NCBI RefSeq assembly: GCF_001194135.2
Contig: NC_068984.1
Location: forward strand, 1,829,416 to 1,893,415
Length of the DNA: 64,000 bases
Source: Octopus bimaculoides
Lineage: Eukaryota
Direction: 5' to 3'
Every line of letters starts with the position of its first letter. Within the stretch, counting starts at the first letter, position 1. The translations under genes were made by a program, and so were the position numbers. Positions 35,240-49,957 of the stretch are shown piece after piece. The notes below the pieces were generated by a model. The model was not told where the DNA came from, ran no database searches, and was given only the letters and a program-made list of their open reading frames with translations.

Positions 35240-35700
35240 TTTTATTAGTCCATCGTTGTAGATGATGATAAAGGCCATCAGATGGGAGAAAAAGACGGGA
35301 CACCGTGTCTCTGTGAACGATCAGTCCAATGCATTCTGGGAAGGCTCTGCCGCAGGTCGGGTGGGTACTGGTGGTCTGCTGGGATTGAAGGCAAAGAGGT
35401 GGCTCTGGACTTGCGCAGTTCGCATTCCCTTTCTGCCCCTGCAATCTCGTTCTGTTTGTAGGAAGTGTCACCTCTGTTGGTGCAGTTTCCCCAGGGAGGG
35501 TGGTCTTTTGCTTGCGTTTCTCAGGTGTTGAGGTTGATCGCAAAGCTCTTCGGTGAGGCCTTGAGTTTGTCCTTGAAGTGCTTTTTCTGTCCACTTTGCA
35601 TGCACTTGCCTTCCACCACTTCGCTGTAAAACGGAGAGTCTCGTGTCAGGCATTCGAACAGGGTGGCCCGGCCACCTGACTTGCGCTCTCCTCAGCCGTG
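35240..35700 (-). mobile_element. RTE-clade LINE 3' end
   Basis: C-terminal HPTCGRAFPECIGLIVHR (C..CGR.F...IGL..H) and the preceding K.G.R..G...KR.KD-like region, frameshifted. Confidence 0.75.
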
Positions 35701-35865
35701 TGTCAATGCGTATTACAACCTCTTTATAGTGTACAGCGGTGTATTGTGGCGCACTGTGGGGATGCTATGGTTACTATAGTGACAACAGAGATTATAGTGT
35801 ACCCTAACAGGCCAGAGTCGCTATACTACACTATAGTTTACTACAGTAGGCTGGTCACTTTGTGA

Positions 35866-36190
35866 AGGCCCGTGGCTTAGTGCTTAAGGTATTCGGCTTA
35901 CGATCGCAGGGTCATGAGTTCAATTCCCGGTATCACGTTGTGTCTTTCAGCAAGAGATTTTATTTCACATTCCTCCAGTCCACTCAGCTGGCAAAAATGA
36001 GTTGTACCTGTAATTAAAAGGAGTCAACCGTGTCACATTCAGTGTATCATGTTGAATTTCCCGGAGAACTACGTTGAGGGTACACGTGTCTGTGGAATAC
36101 TCAGCCACTTACATGTTAATTTCACGGGTATGCTGTTCCGTTGATCGGATCAACTGGAACGCTCATCGTCGTAATCGACGGAGTTCCACT
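35866..36190 (+). mobile_element. tRNA-derived SINE (family with GCAAGACACTTTATTTCAC..CCAGTCCACTCAGCTG core)
   Basis: A box GTGGCTTAGTG, B box GAGTTCAATTCC; related copy at about 53930-54200. Confidence 0.75.
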
Positions 36191-36469
36191 CCTTATTTCA
36201 GTCACTTTAGTACACAGTACTATAGTCACTAAGTGCATACCAGCTGTTGTAATTTTTTTGTATAGCCCCTGGTCAGCTTTCATTAACTAGGCAGTTACTA
36301 AAAACATTCCAGTGATGTCCATCTAACCTCAGTGTATTTAGAATCACATCTAAGGATTTGAGGAAAATTTGGCTGCTATTTGTAGCAGGTCGAGCCACTA
36401 CGCAGTGTCCCTCGTTATATGTATTCAGTATATTTGTACAGAAATAGGGTCGAGCACATTTGAATGTTA

Positions 36470-36510
<41 letters not shown>

Positions 36511-37222
36511 CGTACGTACGTACCTACGTACCTACCTACCTACCTACCTCTCTCTCTCTTTCTACACACACACACACACACACACACATGCGGACAAAGA
36601 AAGGCACACTAAATACCATAGAAAACGAACTCTTGATCCATCGAAATTATCTTCGCTTCGAAAGAGTGTAAGCAATAACTTGGCAGCAGTTGTAGTCGGC
36701 TGTGAATAACGAAGGGAGATGATTCGAAACAAACAATGATACAAACCATCTTTTATAATAAACCAGACGAGAAATGAGTTAAGAGAAAAAAATGGGAAGT
36801 GTAGGAAGTTGGTTTTTCACGTACTTTAAAATCAGTTGGTCACACAGCAAAGATGAGACTGGGTTTGAACTGGTGATGGCCTTATTAGATTTTTATGAAG
36901 CAATTTCGGAAAGGTCAGAATCGAACAGATTATGTCCCTATAAATGTTTATTGGGGTCTCTAGTCTGTTTGTAGCGTGGCCATTGTATTTACTTTATATC
37001 ATTATTGACAAATGCATGGTGTAAGTGCATGGGCGTTACCTTTAGACTCAGATGAGTGCACAAGCATTGTTCCGTATGTGCACTCATCCGTAAAGAGATT
37101 TATATTTGGATAAACAATATAATATAAATGTAACAATGTGGATGCATATCCTTGCAAAGATGTTCAAATGCCTTTGCATACATACGTTATATTCACATCC
37201 ACACACACACACGCACACACAC

Positions 37223-37288
<66 letters not shown>

Positions 37289-38239
37289 NNNNNNNNNNNN
37301 NNNNNNNNNNNNNNNNNNNNNNNNNNNNNNNNNNNNNNNNNNNNNNNNNNNNNNNNNNNNNNNNNNNNNNNNNNNNNNNNNNNNNNNNNNNNNNNNNNNN
37401 NNNNNNNNNNNNNNNNNNNNNNNNNNNNNNNNNNNNNNNNNNNNNNNNNNNNNNNNNNNNNNNNNNNNNNNNNNNNNNNNNNNNNNNNNNNNNNNNNNNN
37501 NNNNNNNNNNNNNNNNNNNNNNNNNNNNNNNNNNNNNNNNNNNNNNNNNNNNNNNNNNNNNNNNNNNNNNNNNNNNNNNNNNNNNNNNNNNNNNNNNNNN
37601 NNNNNNNNNNNNNNNNNNNNNNNNNNNNNNNNNNNNNNNNNNNNNNNNNNNNNNNNNNNNNNNNNNCTTAAGCTCAGTCATTTGTATGTCCGCTCACTCG
37701 CATCTCCAAATGCATACACACACCCTTATAAAAGGACGTACACACACACACACACACACATACGCACATATAAATAAAGACATACTATTTGAAATAGAGA
37801 AAAATAGGAAGAAAACAAAAAAGAACGAAAGAATGAAAGAAAGAAAGAAAGAAAGAAAGAGAGGGAGAGAGGTAGAGACTGTTCGACATTTCATAATTCT
37901 AGAAAAGAGTACGTTTACACGAATTTCTTTTCTTCGCCATTCTTACACAGTTATTATTCAATTATGCATTATAGGAATGGATGTTGAGAATACAAAAGCG
38001 TGTTTCTGCGGTCGCATCATAAATCACAGTCTTTACACACACAAAACACGGAACATTATTTAAATTTTAATCTTTCGCAAACCAGACAAGAATGCCAGCG
38101 TTTCACTTTGCATTCATACATCTGATGTAGAGAATAGTTATTAGTCTTCTTTCGAACTACTATTAACTATTCTGCACATAATGGAAAGATAGGTTGATGG
38201 CATTCGTGGACAATAAAGAAAAGACATTCACATACACAC

Positions 38240-38280
<41 letters not shown>

Positions 38281-38799
38281 CATATCCGTCTGTGTGTGTC
38301 ATTGTTATTGTTTGACGTACGTTCCCGTTCCATGCTTGCGTGGATCCGCCGGAATTTGCTGAGGCGGATTTTCTAAGGCTGGGTGCCCTTCCTGTCACCA
38401 ACCCTTACCAGTTTCTATGGAAAACAGGAAACGAATAACATCGCTTGTATGACGGTGATGCTTATTTCGGACAACAAGACAACGGTACTACATACGAGCT
38501 CAAACTCACTCTCTTTCTCTCTCATGCACACACACGCCCCCCCCCCNNNNNNNNNNNNNNNNNNNNNNNNNNNNNNNNNNNNNNNNNNNNNNNNNNNNNN
38601 NNNNNNNNNNNNNNNNNNNNNNNNNNNNNNNNNNNNCCCCACACGTATATATGTAGGACAGGATTCCTTATTTCAAGGTTTTGGTTGACTGGGCTGAAGT
38701 AGGAGACGCTCGATGTGTTACGCAGTGAGACTGAATTCAAGATCACGTGGTTGAGAAGAAGCTTTCTTAACCACACAGCTGTGTGTGTGTGTATGTGAA

Positions 38800-38857
<58 letters not shown>

Positions 38858-38870
38858 GGTGTGTGTGTAT

Positions 38871-40065
38871 GTACAAAGTACATTCCAGAAGTTTTGAAAC
38901 TTTTCCTAAAGAGAAAATAATTTCAAAGAAGTCCACAACTCTAATCTTCTTCAAATCAGGATCCTTTGACGCCAATGCATTTATTGTAGCGCTCAACCAT
39001 ATCGGGAAGGCCCCCTTCAAAGTGGAGGTGTCTAGGACCCTTGTCAAAACCTCCTTCATCTTCTCAGTGTCTTCAAAACGACTGCCCCTCAGGTTCTCCT
39101 TCAGTTTGGCAAACAAATAAAAGTCAGAGGGCGCAAGTTCCGGACTGTGAAGTAAGGGGGGGGGATATTTTTGATGGCCATCTCTGTCAAGAAGTGGGTT
39201 ACAAGTATGGAATTGTGGACTGTTGCCTTATCCTGCTACAGGTTCCATCGACCCGAGTGGAAGAGATTTAGTCTTTTGCGACGAAATCTCTTCCTGAACT
39301 CTCTCAAAACCTCTATAAAGCACTCTTTGTAGACTGTGTGGTTAGAGGGAACCCAGTGGAACTAGACGATATCCGTGTTATCGCAAGAAAGGACATTCTT
39401 GAGCTTTCCGTTGGACTTACTTTGCCTAACCCTCTTGGATCTGGGGGAACTAGGATGCTTCCATTGGGCACTCAGTCTCTTGGTCTCAGAATCATAGCAG
39501 TAGATCCAGCTTTCGTTGCAGGTCATCGTAGACTCATTTACTCTTGGCCTGGAGGTTATCAGCTCAACCATCTTCCTGCTGTCATCAACACATCTCTCCT
39601 TCTGTTAGTCTCTGAGAGAAAACATTACACAAATTTTGCGCTTGTTCAGATCTTCACGAATAATTCTGTCTAAAGTTATCATCCCACTTCCAAATTGTGT
39701 GCTTGTTATCTTTGTATACAGACGCTGTTCTTCATCCTGAAAATTGCGAATATTCTTCATCAACTCACATTCCTCTCCTTCCTACACCTCTTATCGTCGC
39801 TCACTTCTCTACCTCTCTTGAACCTTTTGCGCCTGAGAAAAACAGATGCTGGGCTCATGTAAGTTAATCCATGACCAGTCTGGAGCAATTCATAAAGTTT
39901 CTGTAGCGTTTTTGCCCAGTTTAACGTAAAACTTGATTGCACAATGAGATCCCAAATTGTCTTCACGTGCCGACCCCCTTCTTGAAACCACTCACCCGCG
40001 ACAGGAAGTGTTTAGTAGAATGGGTTCAAGTAGTTTCTTTCAATTTGGAATGAAAAAAGTTGGCA
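38871..40065 (-). mobile_element. Mariner DNA transposon, degenerate transposase
   Basis: N-terminal HTH remnant (KTLQKLYELLQT..MSPASVF..KRFKRGRE); TCNESWIYCYDSETKRLSAQWKHPSSPR (first catalytic D region); LAPSDFYLFAKLKENLRGSRF (third D). One end is interrupted by a SINE at about 40075. Confidence 0.85.
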
Positions 40066-40074
40066 GGTCTTTTA

Positions 40075-40292
40075 CTTGTTTCAATCATTAGATTGCGGGC
40101 ATGCTGTGGCACCGCGTTGAAGAATTTTGCTTTTTAGTCGAATCTATCGACTCCAGCAATTATTTTTTTTAAAAAAAGCTTAGCACTTATTCTATCGGTC
40201 TCTTTTGTCAAATCGCAAAGTTTCGGGGACGTAAACACACTAACACCGGTTGTGAAGTGGTGTGTGTGTGGGGGTGCAAACACAGTTGCAAA

Positions 40293-40329
<37 letters not shown>

Positions 40330-40495
40330 GAGTGGTTTCTTTCAGTTTTCGTCTACCAAATCCAATCATAAGGCTTTGGTTGGCTCGAGGATATAGTAGA
40401 AAACACTTTCCCAAAGTGCCGCGCAGTGGGACTGAACTCCGAACCAAGAGGTTGGGAAGTAAGGTTCTTACAACACAGCCCCGCCTGCGCCTATG
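40075..40495 (-). mobile_element. tRNA-derived SINE family A, full length
   Basis: Reverse complement GGCGGGGCTGTGTTGTAAGAACC...GGAGTTCAGTCCCACTGCG...TTTGGTAGACGAAAACTGAAAG...CCACAGCATGCCCGCAATC. Confidence 0.85.
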
Positions 40496-40570
40496 GTAAT
40501 GATTTGCGAAAATTAGAATTATCTAGGACAATTATAACTGCCTCTCCTAAATAAGTCTCAAAACGTCTGC

Positions 40571-40609
<39 letters not shown>

Positions 40610-40734
40610 NNNNNNNNNNTTTATTGACCTCGAAAGGATGAAAGACAAAGTCGACTTTAACGGCATTTGAATGCAGAATGTAAAAGCGAGTGAAATTCGG
40701 CGTGCTATCGTTTCTCAGACAGGGAAATACTTGT

Positions 40735-41154
40735 AGGACTTTACAATTCAGACAGATAGAATTCTAGAACATACAAGACCGGACATAACTTTGGTGGAGA
40801 AAGGTACTGCAAAGAGGTGTTTGTTCGATGTAGCTTGCCCAGGAGGTCGTTGCGTCAACAGTAAAGAAAAGGAGAAAATCCTATAATATGCAGACTTGAG
40901 AAAAGATGTCTTGAGAATGTGGAGTAGGCAAGCAAGAATGGTACCAATTGTGATTGGAGCTCTTGGGTCGGTGAGGAAAAGCCTCCAGACACACTTTGAC
41001 ACAATTGGAATCTGTTACAGTATTACGATATTGTAAAAGACAAGATTTTTGGGAGTAGCAGATATCGCGCGGAAAGTGATGCCTTGCTGCGGTTATATAA
41101 TTCGATTGGGAGTCAGTTAAGCGATCTAATGCTAACAAGATCATCACTGAGATA

Positions 41155-41253
<99 letters not shown>

Positions 41254-41910
41254 CTGAGCAAATATAAAGATCTTGAAATAGAAATTAGCAAAATGTGGAA
41301 TCTGAAGACGAAAACAATACCTATTGTCATAGGTGCCCTGGGAATGACAGCGAAACGGGCTGATTACTACCTAGCTCAGATACCAGGAAACCCCAAAATG
41401 GCTGAAGTTCAAAAGATAGTGCTCATGGGAACTGCCCATATCCTACGTAAAATACTGTCTATGTGATCTCAAATTTTAAAGCAAACAGATAATTTTCTTA
41501 TGGTTTCTTAAATATTCACTAGAACAAAACTGTACAAATCCAAATATATGGTACCCTAGGCATAACACCTACATGAACTTCTAACTTGTTGTCTCTTGAG
41601 GTCTCTGGGTGAGACTTGGATCCAACTTGTACAAATGCAAAACAAAAGTCAAGCAAAATAATAATAATAGACCTTATTCAAAGACCGTTTGAGCAGGATG
41701 GAGTACCCGACTCGAAGAAAATCCTAAGTGGGTCTCACCTGCAAGGTCATGTGCTGTTAATCTTGATATAAGGTTACCATGCTGCGCACATATGGTTGTG
41801 ATGCATGTGCCTGGTGTACCCTCGACAGACGGGTAGTCATGTTGGGTATACTGGGATTCGTATATCTGTATCCCAGTGTCACTTTGATGGCATGGACTGC
41901 TCTCTCACTC

Positions 41911-41957
<47 letters not shown>

Positions 41958-41980
41958 TGATGATGATGATGATGATGATG

Positions 41981-42047
<67 letters not shown>

Positions 42048-42745
42048 GGAATATATTCACAGACACGACAGAACTGGGACCTATATACACTGGAAGCTAT
42101 GCCAACACTATGAAATAACAACAGAAAAAAGATGGTATAAACACACGCCAGNNNNNNNNNNNNNNNNNNNNNNNNNNNNNNNNNNNNNNNNNNNNNNNNN
42201 NNNNNNNNNNNNNNNNNNNNNNNNNNNNNNNNNNNNNNNNNNNNNNNNNNNNNNNNNNNNNNNNNNNNNNNNNNNNNNNNNNNNNNNNNNNNNNNNNNNN
42301 NNNNNNNNNNNNNNNNNNNNNNNNNNNNNNNNNNNNNNNNNNNNNNNNNNNNNNNNNNNNNNNNNNNNNNNNNNNTACCAGCAGATGACAACGTTTCTCT
42401 AAAAGAAATGGAAAAACTTTCAAAATACAAAGACCTGGAAATAGAGGTAACTCGAATGTGGAATCTAAAAACAGAAACAATTCCTATCATAGTAGGTGCC
42501 TTAGGTATAATAAAAAGATATTCAGACAAATACATAACATAAAACACCAGGACTTACAAATATATATAACATACAGAAAATTGCACTACTGGGTACTGCA
42601 CACACCCTACGCAAAACACTTTCAATACAGTAACCATAAGAGCATCACAGCAAACCACAGCACATACCTAAGGCGCACAGAGCTGCGCTCGGTAGTGTAG
42701 TGAAAGCACGTTATAAAAATAAAACTACTGAACAATAATAATAAT
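40735..42745 (+). mobile_element. Stack of three R4/Dong-like RLE LINE 3' fragments, each ending in (AAT)n/(GAT)n
   Basis: 40735-41150: DFTIQTDRILEHTRPDI...VPIVIGALG. 41251-41656: KLSKYKDLEIEISKMW..TIPIVIGALG..EVQKIVLMGTAHILRK. 42048-42733: RHDRTGTYIHWKLCQHY...KYKDLEIEVTRMW..IPIIVGALG. Confidence 0.88.
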
Positions 42746-44238
42746 AATAATAGTAATGCTATTAGCAAAATCACATTTCATCCCATCCGTTAAACATGAA
42801 CATTTCACGATATAAAAACACATACTAACCGCCAGACGCGACCATCTCTGAGGATCATTCCTGGTGAGATCCTCACATTCTAAATATGGTCAAAACTACG
42901 CCACAATGACTGACCTTCCGCGTCAAGGCCAGGAAATTATTCTGTCCTCAATAACTTCTGACCCATTACAAAGCTCACGTGAGACCTACATTGACCTACA
43001 ACTAACACATCTAGGACGGTGCTGTTGCTGCAGATACAGCCATCCAAGAAAGACAACCCAACTGACTCCCATTAAATCACTCCAGCCACTGTCATCCGAC
43101 TCTTTCTCTTTGTCTTTACTATTAAGTGTGCCAGAACCGTCCCCCGCCATATTTTATATGACTCTTGGAGCAGCGCTAGGGAAGTTAGACCAGTAATAAT
43201 GGTTCGTTCTTCTGATTAATATTTCATAGTTTTTTTTCTTTCTCTCTCGTTATCTTTCTGGTTTGGACCGGTGCACACTGAAACGTCTACCATGAATCGT
43301 GAATCTGGGAGTTTCTTTTTTGCCGCACCCTGTACACTTCTAGAGTTGCTTTCTTATTGGTGTTGGTCACTCTCGACTCCCTGGTCTCTTCTATCTACCC
43401 GCTCTTCTCTGTCAATCCCACTTCATTACAGTCCACAAGCCTCACTAACCACACCACAGATCATTCTTCCTAAGAATGTCTGTTCTGATCGTACCCCACC
43501 CCACACCATATATTTCTTCCCCCACGTCTCTACAGCGATCTCTCTGGTCTTGGATGTCCGGCCTTCAAAAATGAACGATGTTACCCTTATGAGGAAATGT
43601 GCTGCAGCCTCTATCGTCCTGTCTTTAATTTAGATATATTGAATAAAGAAATAAGTTATCTAATGCACCTTACATCAATAACACGACAGGGCGTGATTTG
43701 GGAACACTTTAGCTGTTATTTCTAGCTGGTCAAGTGATTATATAGAGACTATTCACACATTGAAGGGTCGAGTTATGCGTTTTGGGCAATACATTTAAAA
43801 TGTATTAAAAACACGCTTTTTCACATTTCTCTGTCGATTTTATTTACTACAATATCTTTAAACAGAGAATTCGAGCGTTTAAACAAATCTTTTATTTTAT
43901 AAAATAATATTCCAGTTTGTTTTATACTATTGCATTTTACCTTATAATCGATAGCCAAATAGAACTTGTCAGGTTTTTGAAAGAATGTAGATGTCGCTTA
44001 AATCGTACATCAAAATTGTTTTTAGCAACCTATTATAAATATTGGAAAGTAAATTATAAGTTATGAACACTGAGGCACAATTAGTTATCGATTACGAAAG
44101 ACACAAATTATTCAATGACTCAATACAGTTAAATGAACTGAGAATTATAGATGTAGTAACAGTTCGAATTTAGATGATTTCAGTATTTTTCATACATATG
44201 TATATACATGTGGGTGTGTACAGTTCATATGTGTGCGC

Positions 44239-44317
<79 letters not shown>

Positions 44318-44413
44318 CGTGTGTGTGTGTATTAGTTGACACTCTTAACCGTTTGAGTAAAATTTCACTTCATTGCAGGAATTCCATGTCATGTTTTCTT
44401 TTGTTAATTTCAG

Positions 44414-44647
44414 CCGTTGCTATGTTACTTGGCTGCGTAGTCTACCCCAATGGATGGGACAATGAAACGGTTCGCCGGATCTGTGGTGTAGAGGCTACAA
44501 AATACTACCTAGATCGATGTACAATAAGATGGGCATATATACTCGCCATTATTCTCATCTTCGACGCCATTATTCTAGCGGTCTTAGCTTTTGTGTTGGC
44601 GGCCAAACAAGCGAGGGTGCTGCCGGAAATTTACCACAAGAACCCAC
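44414..44647 (+). CDS. LHFPL3/4/5-like (Tmhs): LHFPL tetraspan gene B, coding exon 2 (234 nt, phase 1-1)
   Basis: Acceptor TAATTTCAG|CC at 44413/44414, donor CCAC|GTAAGT at 44647/44648. Encodes (A)VAMLLGCVVYPNGWDNETVRRICGVEATKYYLDRCTIRWAYILAIILIFDAIILAVLAFVLAAKQARVLPEIYHKNP. Confidence 0.95.
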
Positions 44648-45059
44648 GTAAGTTCCATGCACCTTTTTTTCCTCGCTTATCCTTCTTATTGTTCTAAACT
44701 CCATGCCTACTCCCGCTTGACAATCGGTGTTGGTATGTTTACGTTCCTGTAACTTAGCAGTTTGGCGAAGAGGCCGAGAGAATAAGTACCAGGCTTTAAA
44801 AAAAATGCATACTAGGGTCAATTCATTCGACCAAAAATTCTTCATGGCGCTGCCCCAGCATGGTCGCTGTCTAGGGCTAAAAGAAGAAAAAACTAAAGGA
44901 TACACGATATAAAGATCACATTCGCCATGTTTGGTATTTCACTTTGTTAAACTAGATTTATTCACAAACTGGATTAACATAATCACACCCAACTCTACGA
45001 TTAACTTCATGGAATAAACATTGAAAGCATCTGTTATTTGGAGCGAAGCTGTCATTTCA

Positions 45060-45500
45060 ACGACAATCACTCAGCTGCCTCGTCACCATCTGATCGGACT
45101 TTCTCGGACATCTTTAACCCGCTCACACCATCCACCTCGGCTCAGCCTTAGTTGATGGAGGCTTTCGTGAAGGCATCCACTGTCTCTGGTGAACGTTGTG
45201 TTCGGACAACCTGCTCGAGTACGGCCATGCTTTGGCATCCATATTCGTAGGTCATTTTCCAATTCTTGTTTGGGTCGTCTGCAATGTTCTGAAAAGCACA
45301 AGCGCCTTTCCTTTGAAATGGTGGAAACAGGCAGGCGAAATACATACAGCTGTTTCTTAGTGAGATGAGTTCTCCAAGATGTATTTAAGATGGCTCTTAA
45401 CATTCGGGTGTAAATTCCATTTAGCTTGGATTCCAGGTTTTTGGTAAACGTCTAGGCTGTTGCTCCATACAAAGGGACTGACACCAGACTGGGGCAATGC
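45060..45500 (-). mobile_element. RTE-clade LINE 3' end
   Basis: MLRAILNTSWRTHLTKKQLY...ERRLCFSEHC...W.PKHGRTRAGCP matches RMLRAILN.SW.QH.T..QLY..RR.RHAGHC..W.P.HG....GRP. Confidence 0.8.
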
Positions 45501-45793
45501 TGGGACATCACTTTGAAGAATTTTAGTCGAACGAATCGACCCTGTGCTTATATTATTAGCTTGGTATTTAGTCTCTTTGCCGGACTGCGAAGTTACGGGG
45601 ACGTAAACACACCAATACTGGTTTTCAAGCGGTGGGGGTGGGACAAACACTGACACATAAACACACATCCATCCATCCATCCATCCATCCATCCATCCAT
45701 CCATACATACATACATACATACATACACACACATACATACATGCATACACACACACTCACAAATACATACACACATATATACATACATATACA

Positions 45794-45831
<38 letters not shown>

Positions 45832-46147
45832 CATGCATACATACGTATATATAGACATACTTCGATTAGAGGTTATGTTAACCTCATGAAGGGATGGTTT
45901 CTTCCAAGGAAATACTAGTTCAATACTTAGTATTTTGGAGGAATTAGTTTCCTTAAAATCATAGGGGTATAAATAAAAGGATCGAAACCGGGGCATTAAT
46001 CTTGCAANNNNNNNNNNNNNNNNNNNNNNNNNNNNNNNNNNNNNNNNNNNNNNNNNNNNNNNNNNNNNNNNNNNNNNNNNNNNNNNNNNNNNNNNNNNNN
46101 NNNNNNNNNNNNNNNNNNNNNNNNNNNNNNNNNNNNNNNNNNNNNNN

Positions 46148-46194
<47 letters not shown>

Positions 46195-46454
46195 CACACA
46201 ATGAGATGCAATTTGACTTTGCACACCCAGTAGGTTCGCAGAAGAAAGCCAGGAGCTTCTGCCACCGGGAGAGAAACGCCAGGACTACAGATTGACATCG
46301 ATTATAAAGAGTGACGACAACGGGATTAGTAAAAAATGAGACGTTAAAGACCAGGTTGGGACGTGACACAACTCAAATCTACGCCTATTGTACGTTGGAG
46401 ACATCGACAAAAAGAGTCAACTAGTACAGCTTTAACCGTGCAGTTATATTTGTA

Positions 46455-46499
<45 letters not shown>

Positions 46500-46656
46500 T
46501 TGTGCGTCTGTGTTTGTCCTCCCCCACCATCGCTTGACAACCGATGTTGGTGTGCTTACGTCCGCGTAACTTAGCAGTTCGGTAAAAGGGATCGATAGAA
46601 TAAGTACTAGGCTTACAAAGGCGGTGCTCNNNNNNNNNNTATATATACACACATAC

Positions 46657-46899
46657 AGGCGTGGCTGTATGGTAAGAAGCTTGCTTCGTAACCACATGGT
46701 TCCGAGTTCAGTCCCACTGCGTGACACCTTGGTTCAAGTGTCTTCTACTATAGCCTCGGGCCTACCAAAGCCTTGTGAGTGAATTTGGTAGACGGAAACT
46801 GAAAGAAGTCTGCCGTATATATACGGATATTTTATCCCTTAGTCGGTTACTATAACTGCTAACTCCATTTACATATATATCTATGTATATATATAAAGC

Positions 46900-46942
<43 letters not shown>

Positions 46943-47165
46943 ATGTGTGTGAATATATGTGTTGTATTTGCACCCCCATCACCGCTTGACAACCGGTGTT
47001 GGTGTGATGACGTCCCCATAGCTTAGCAGTGCGGCAAAAGAGACAGATAGAATACATACGAGACTTAAAAATTACTTCCTGGCGTCGATTTGTTCGACTA
47101 AAACTCTTCAAGGCTGTGTTCCAACATGGCCACAGCCAAATGGCTGAAACGAGTAACAGAATAGA
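46657..47165 (+). mobile_element. tRNA-derived SINE family A, full length
   Basis: GGCGTGGCTGTATGGTAAGAAGCTTGC (A box), CCGAGTTCAGTCCC (B box), internal (TA)/(TG)n, tail CCAACATGGCCACAGCCAAATGGCTGAAACGAGTAACAGAATAG. Confidence 0.85.
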
Positions 47166-47930
47166 AGGACATGTGCTTTCTCATTGGTAAATGCCTTTCT
47201 GTTTGAATGCTGAATTGTATTTGTTTTCCCAAATGAATTCCACTTCATGTTTGTGGCTCTGATGAGACTGTAATGTGTTACTCAAGCACTCATCTATGAG
47301 TCCACTGCATCCTATTGCAGAAACAACTGTAAGACAATGACGTTCATAAGATAATCGGTTATTCTTTTGTCATTTCTTTTCATATATATATGTGTATATG
47401 TGTGCGTGTGTGTGAGTGTGTGTATGTATGTATGCATGTGTGTATATATGTATAGCGAAAGCGAACTCAGCACGTGCGTAGAGTATAGTTTCTGTCGAAG
47501 ACTCCGTCGGTAAATTCCATGATAAAGGAACAGGACTACTTTGTAAGAGTATTGACGTAGACAGAGAGTACATCCACTGTACTTTATTGATTGTGTACTT
47601 TGGCTTAATTTGCTGTTGTGTGTGTACTTGAGGCTCGGGGACATAGAACTGTTATTTAGTTTTTTTCTCAGTGGTATTGCATCATCAAGATTGGCGAAGA
47701 ATATTTTGAAGCACATCATCAAAGGAAGGAAGGAAGGAAGGAGATAAACGGCTCCGACGAAAGACCTGTCCACTCCAACCAAGGCCTCCACCAGTCAACA
47801 GGTGTGACCTTTGCAGACAATTGTTCCATGCAAAAATAGGTCTTTTCAGCCGCCAGAGCCACTGTCGTAGAACGAGGAATCACAAATGAAGAAAGAAATA
47901 CTCGGAATCGAGGAGAAACCAACGACAATG

Positions 47931-47995
<65 letters not shown>

Positions 47996-48634
47996 TACAT
48001 ATACGTACACACACACATACACACGCATACACACAGACTCACACACATATATGCATACCTATACATACACACATGACACACATATACGTACACACACTCA
48101 CACACATATATACATATGTATGTACGTTTGTACATAACATACATCCGTGTTTGTGTGCGCATGCGTGTATGCGTTTATATGTGTGTGTCTGTGTGCGTTT
48201 ATGTGTGTGTGTAATGCGTATACCTATACAATCAAGCAGAAAGTGTTAAAGTGACAAGAACAAAACTGTTTAATTCGCTTCTATCTCTGCCCATATTTCA
48301 CGAATAAAAGAGACAGATTCTCTCGCAGACGTTGAAACCTGATATTAGCTTTGAAATTAAAAGCAGTGTAAGAGATATTGCTTTATTCCGTAACACCTGT
48401 CCTTATATAAGCTGAAGTCACTAGCTTTGTTTAAGCTGTGATGAAGTAGCATAAATGATATCCTATAATTGTGTAGCGAAACTATATACCAGAGGTATGG
48501 CATGTTAATAGAGACGACTATCATGCAGGCGCAAAAGAGACACACACACACACCATATAGACAATTATATTTGGATATATTATACGTAAATATACATGAA
48601 TATATATATGCTTACGTGTGTGTGTGTGTGTGCG

Positions 48635-48705
<71 letters not shown>

Positions 48706-49745
48706 GTCAGTCAGTCTGTCTATATCTACCTACCTACCTACCTACCTACCTACCTACCTACCTACCTACCTTCCTACCTACCTACCATCCTACCTACCTA
48801 CATACATACATACATACATACATATGCGTATACATACAGAACTGCATGCTTTCTGGTTGAGTCTAACTTCTGAGCAAGTGAACTAAAGACCGTAACACTG
48901 TGCCACAAACATGTATGATATCGTTAGAAGTGATGAATGTCCTGTTGGTGGGGTGTTATTTAAGACATTTTAGCTTTATCCATCTCGCACTCACGACACC
49001 AAAAATATGGTGAAGAGATTTATTTTAGTTTGAAATGGGTATTTTGATATTGTTTAGAGTTCAGTTAGGCGCAGAAAGAAAAGAACAAACTACTGCTGTG
49101 TTGTATTGAAGTTGCGACGTTCTTTGTACATAAGACTGATTTTGTGGTGTTGTAGTGTTCACAAAAGAATGTTTGCTGATGATGCAGTGTGGTGTTCAGT
49201 AGACATACTATTAGATGAATTTTAGTTGCACCTCAAATATGATGCTTATCATATCATATACTCTCCTTCGCCACCGACCGAGACCGGCTGCACATACTGG
49301 AGCCCCACCAGATCCTTGCTCATGTGCCTTGTAACATGAGACCATCAGTTATGAAGCAAAAGTCAACTATAACAGTGACTTAAAACCCTACATTAGTATA
49401 ATAGAAGGATCTTTCAAATGAAGATTTTATAACAACATTGTCTTCCTTGGAATCAAGGAGACGTAATATGCTGCAAAACTTTTAAGTTATGGCTGGCATT
49501 TGAAAGAAAGGAGTCCGGGAGACATGAAATAGAGAATCGTCGAAATGTAAACTGTACGCAAATGCTATCAGGAGAAGCAGGTTCTGTACCAAGTAGACGA
49601 GAATGGTTATAGTAGAGTAATTTAATTCTGAACTTCAAGGCAAAAATTTCCACCTAGTGTACGAACAAGCTAAAATGTATATTTCGGTACTGGAAACACA
49701 CAACATAAACTTCTCCAGGATCTACTATTTTCTCCCTGTAACTCA

Positions 49746-49808
<63 letters not shown>

Positions 49809-49885
49809 NNNNNNNNNNNNNNNNNNNNNNNNNNNNNNNNNNNNNNNNNNNNNNNNNNNNNNNNNNNNNNNNNNNNNNNNNNNNN

Positions 49886-49957
<72 letters not shown>

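Noticed and set aside
47250-47315. CTGATGAG...ACTCA-TCTA-TGAGTC, resembling a hammerhead with a GUC site
   Set aside because: The essential GAAA is replaced by AAGC and stems I/II are poor; cannot be supported without other copies.
47460-47935. Non-repetitive stretch with several 60-160 aa ORFs on both strands
   Set aside because: No recognisable motif and no consistent splice signals; the ORFs run into microsatellites.
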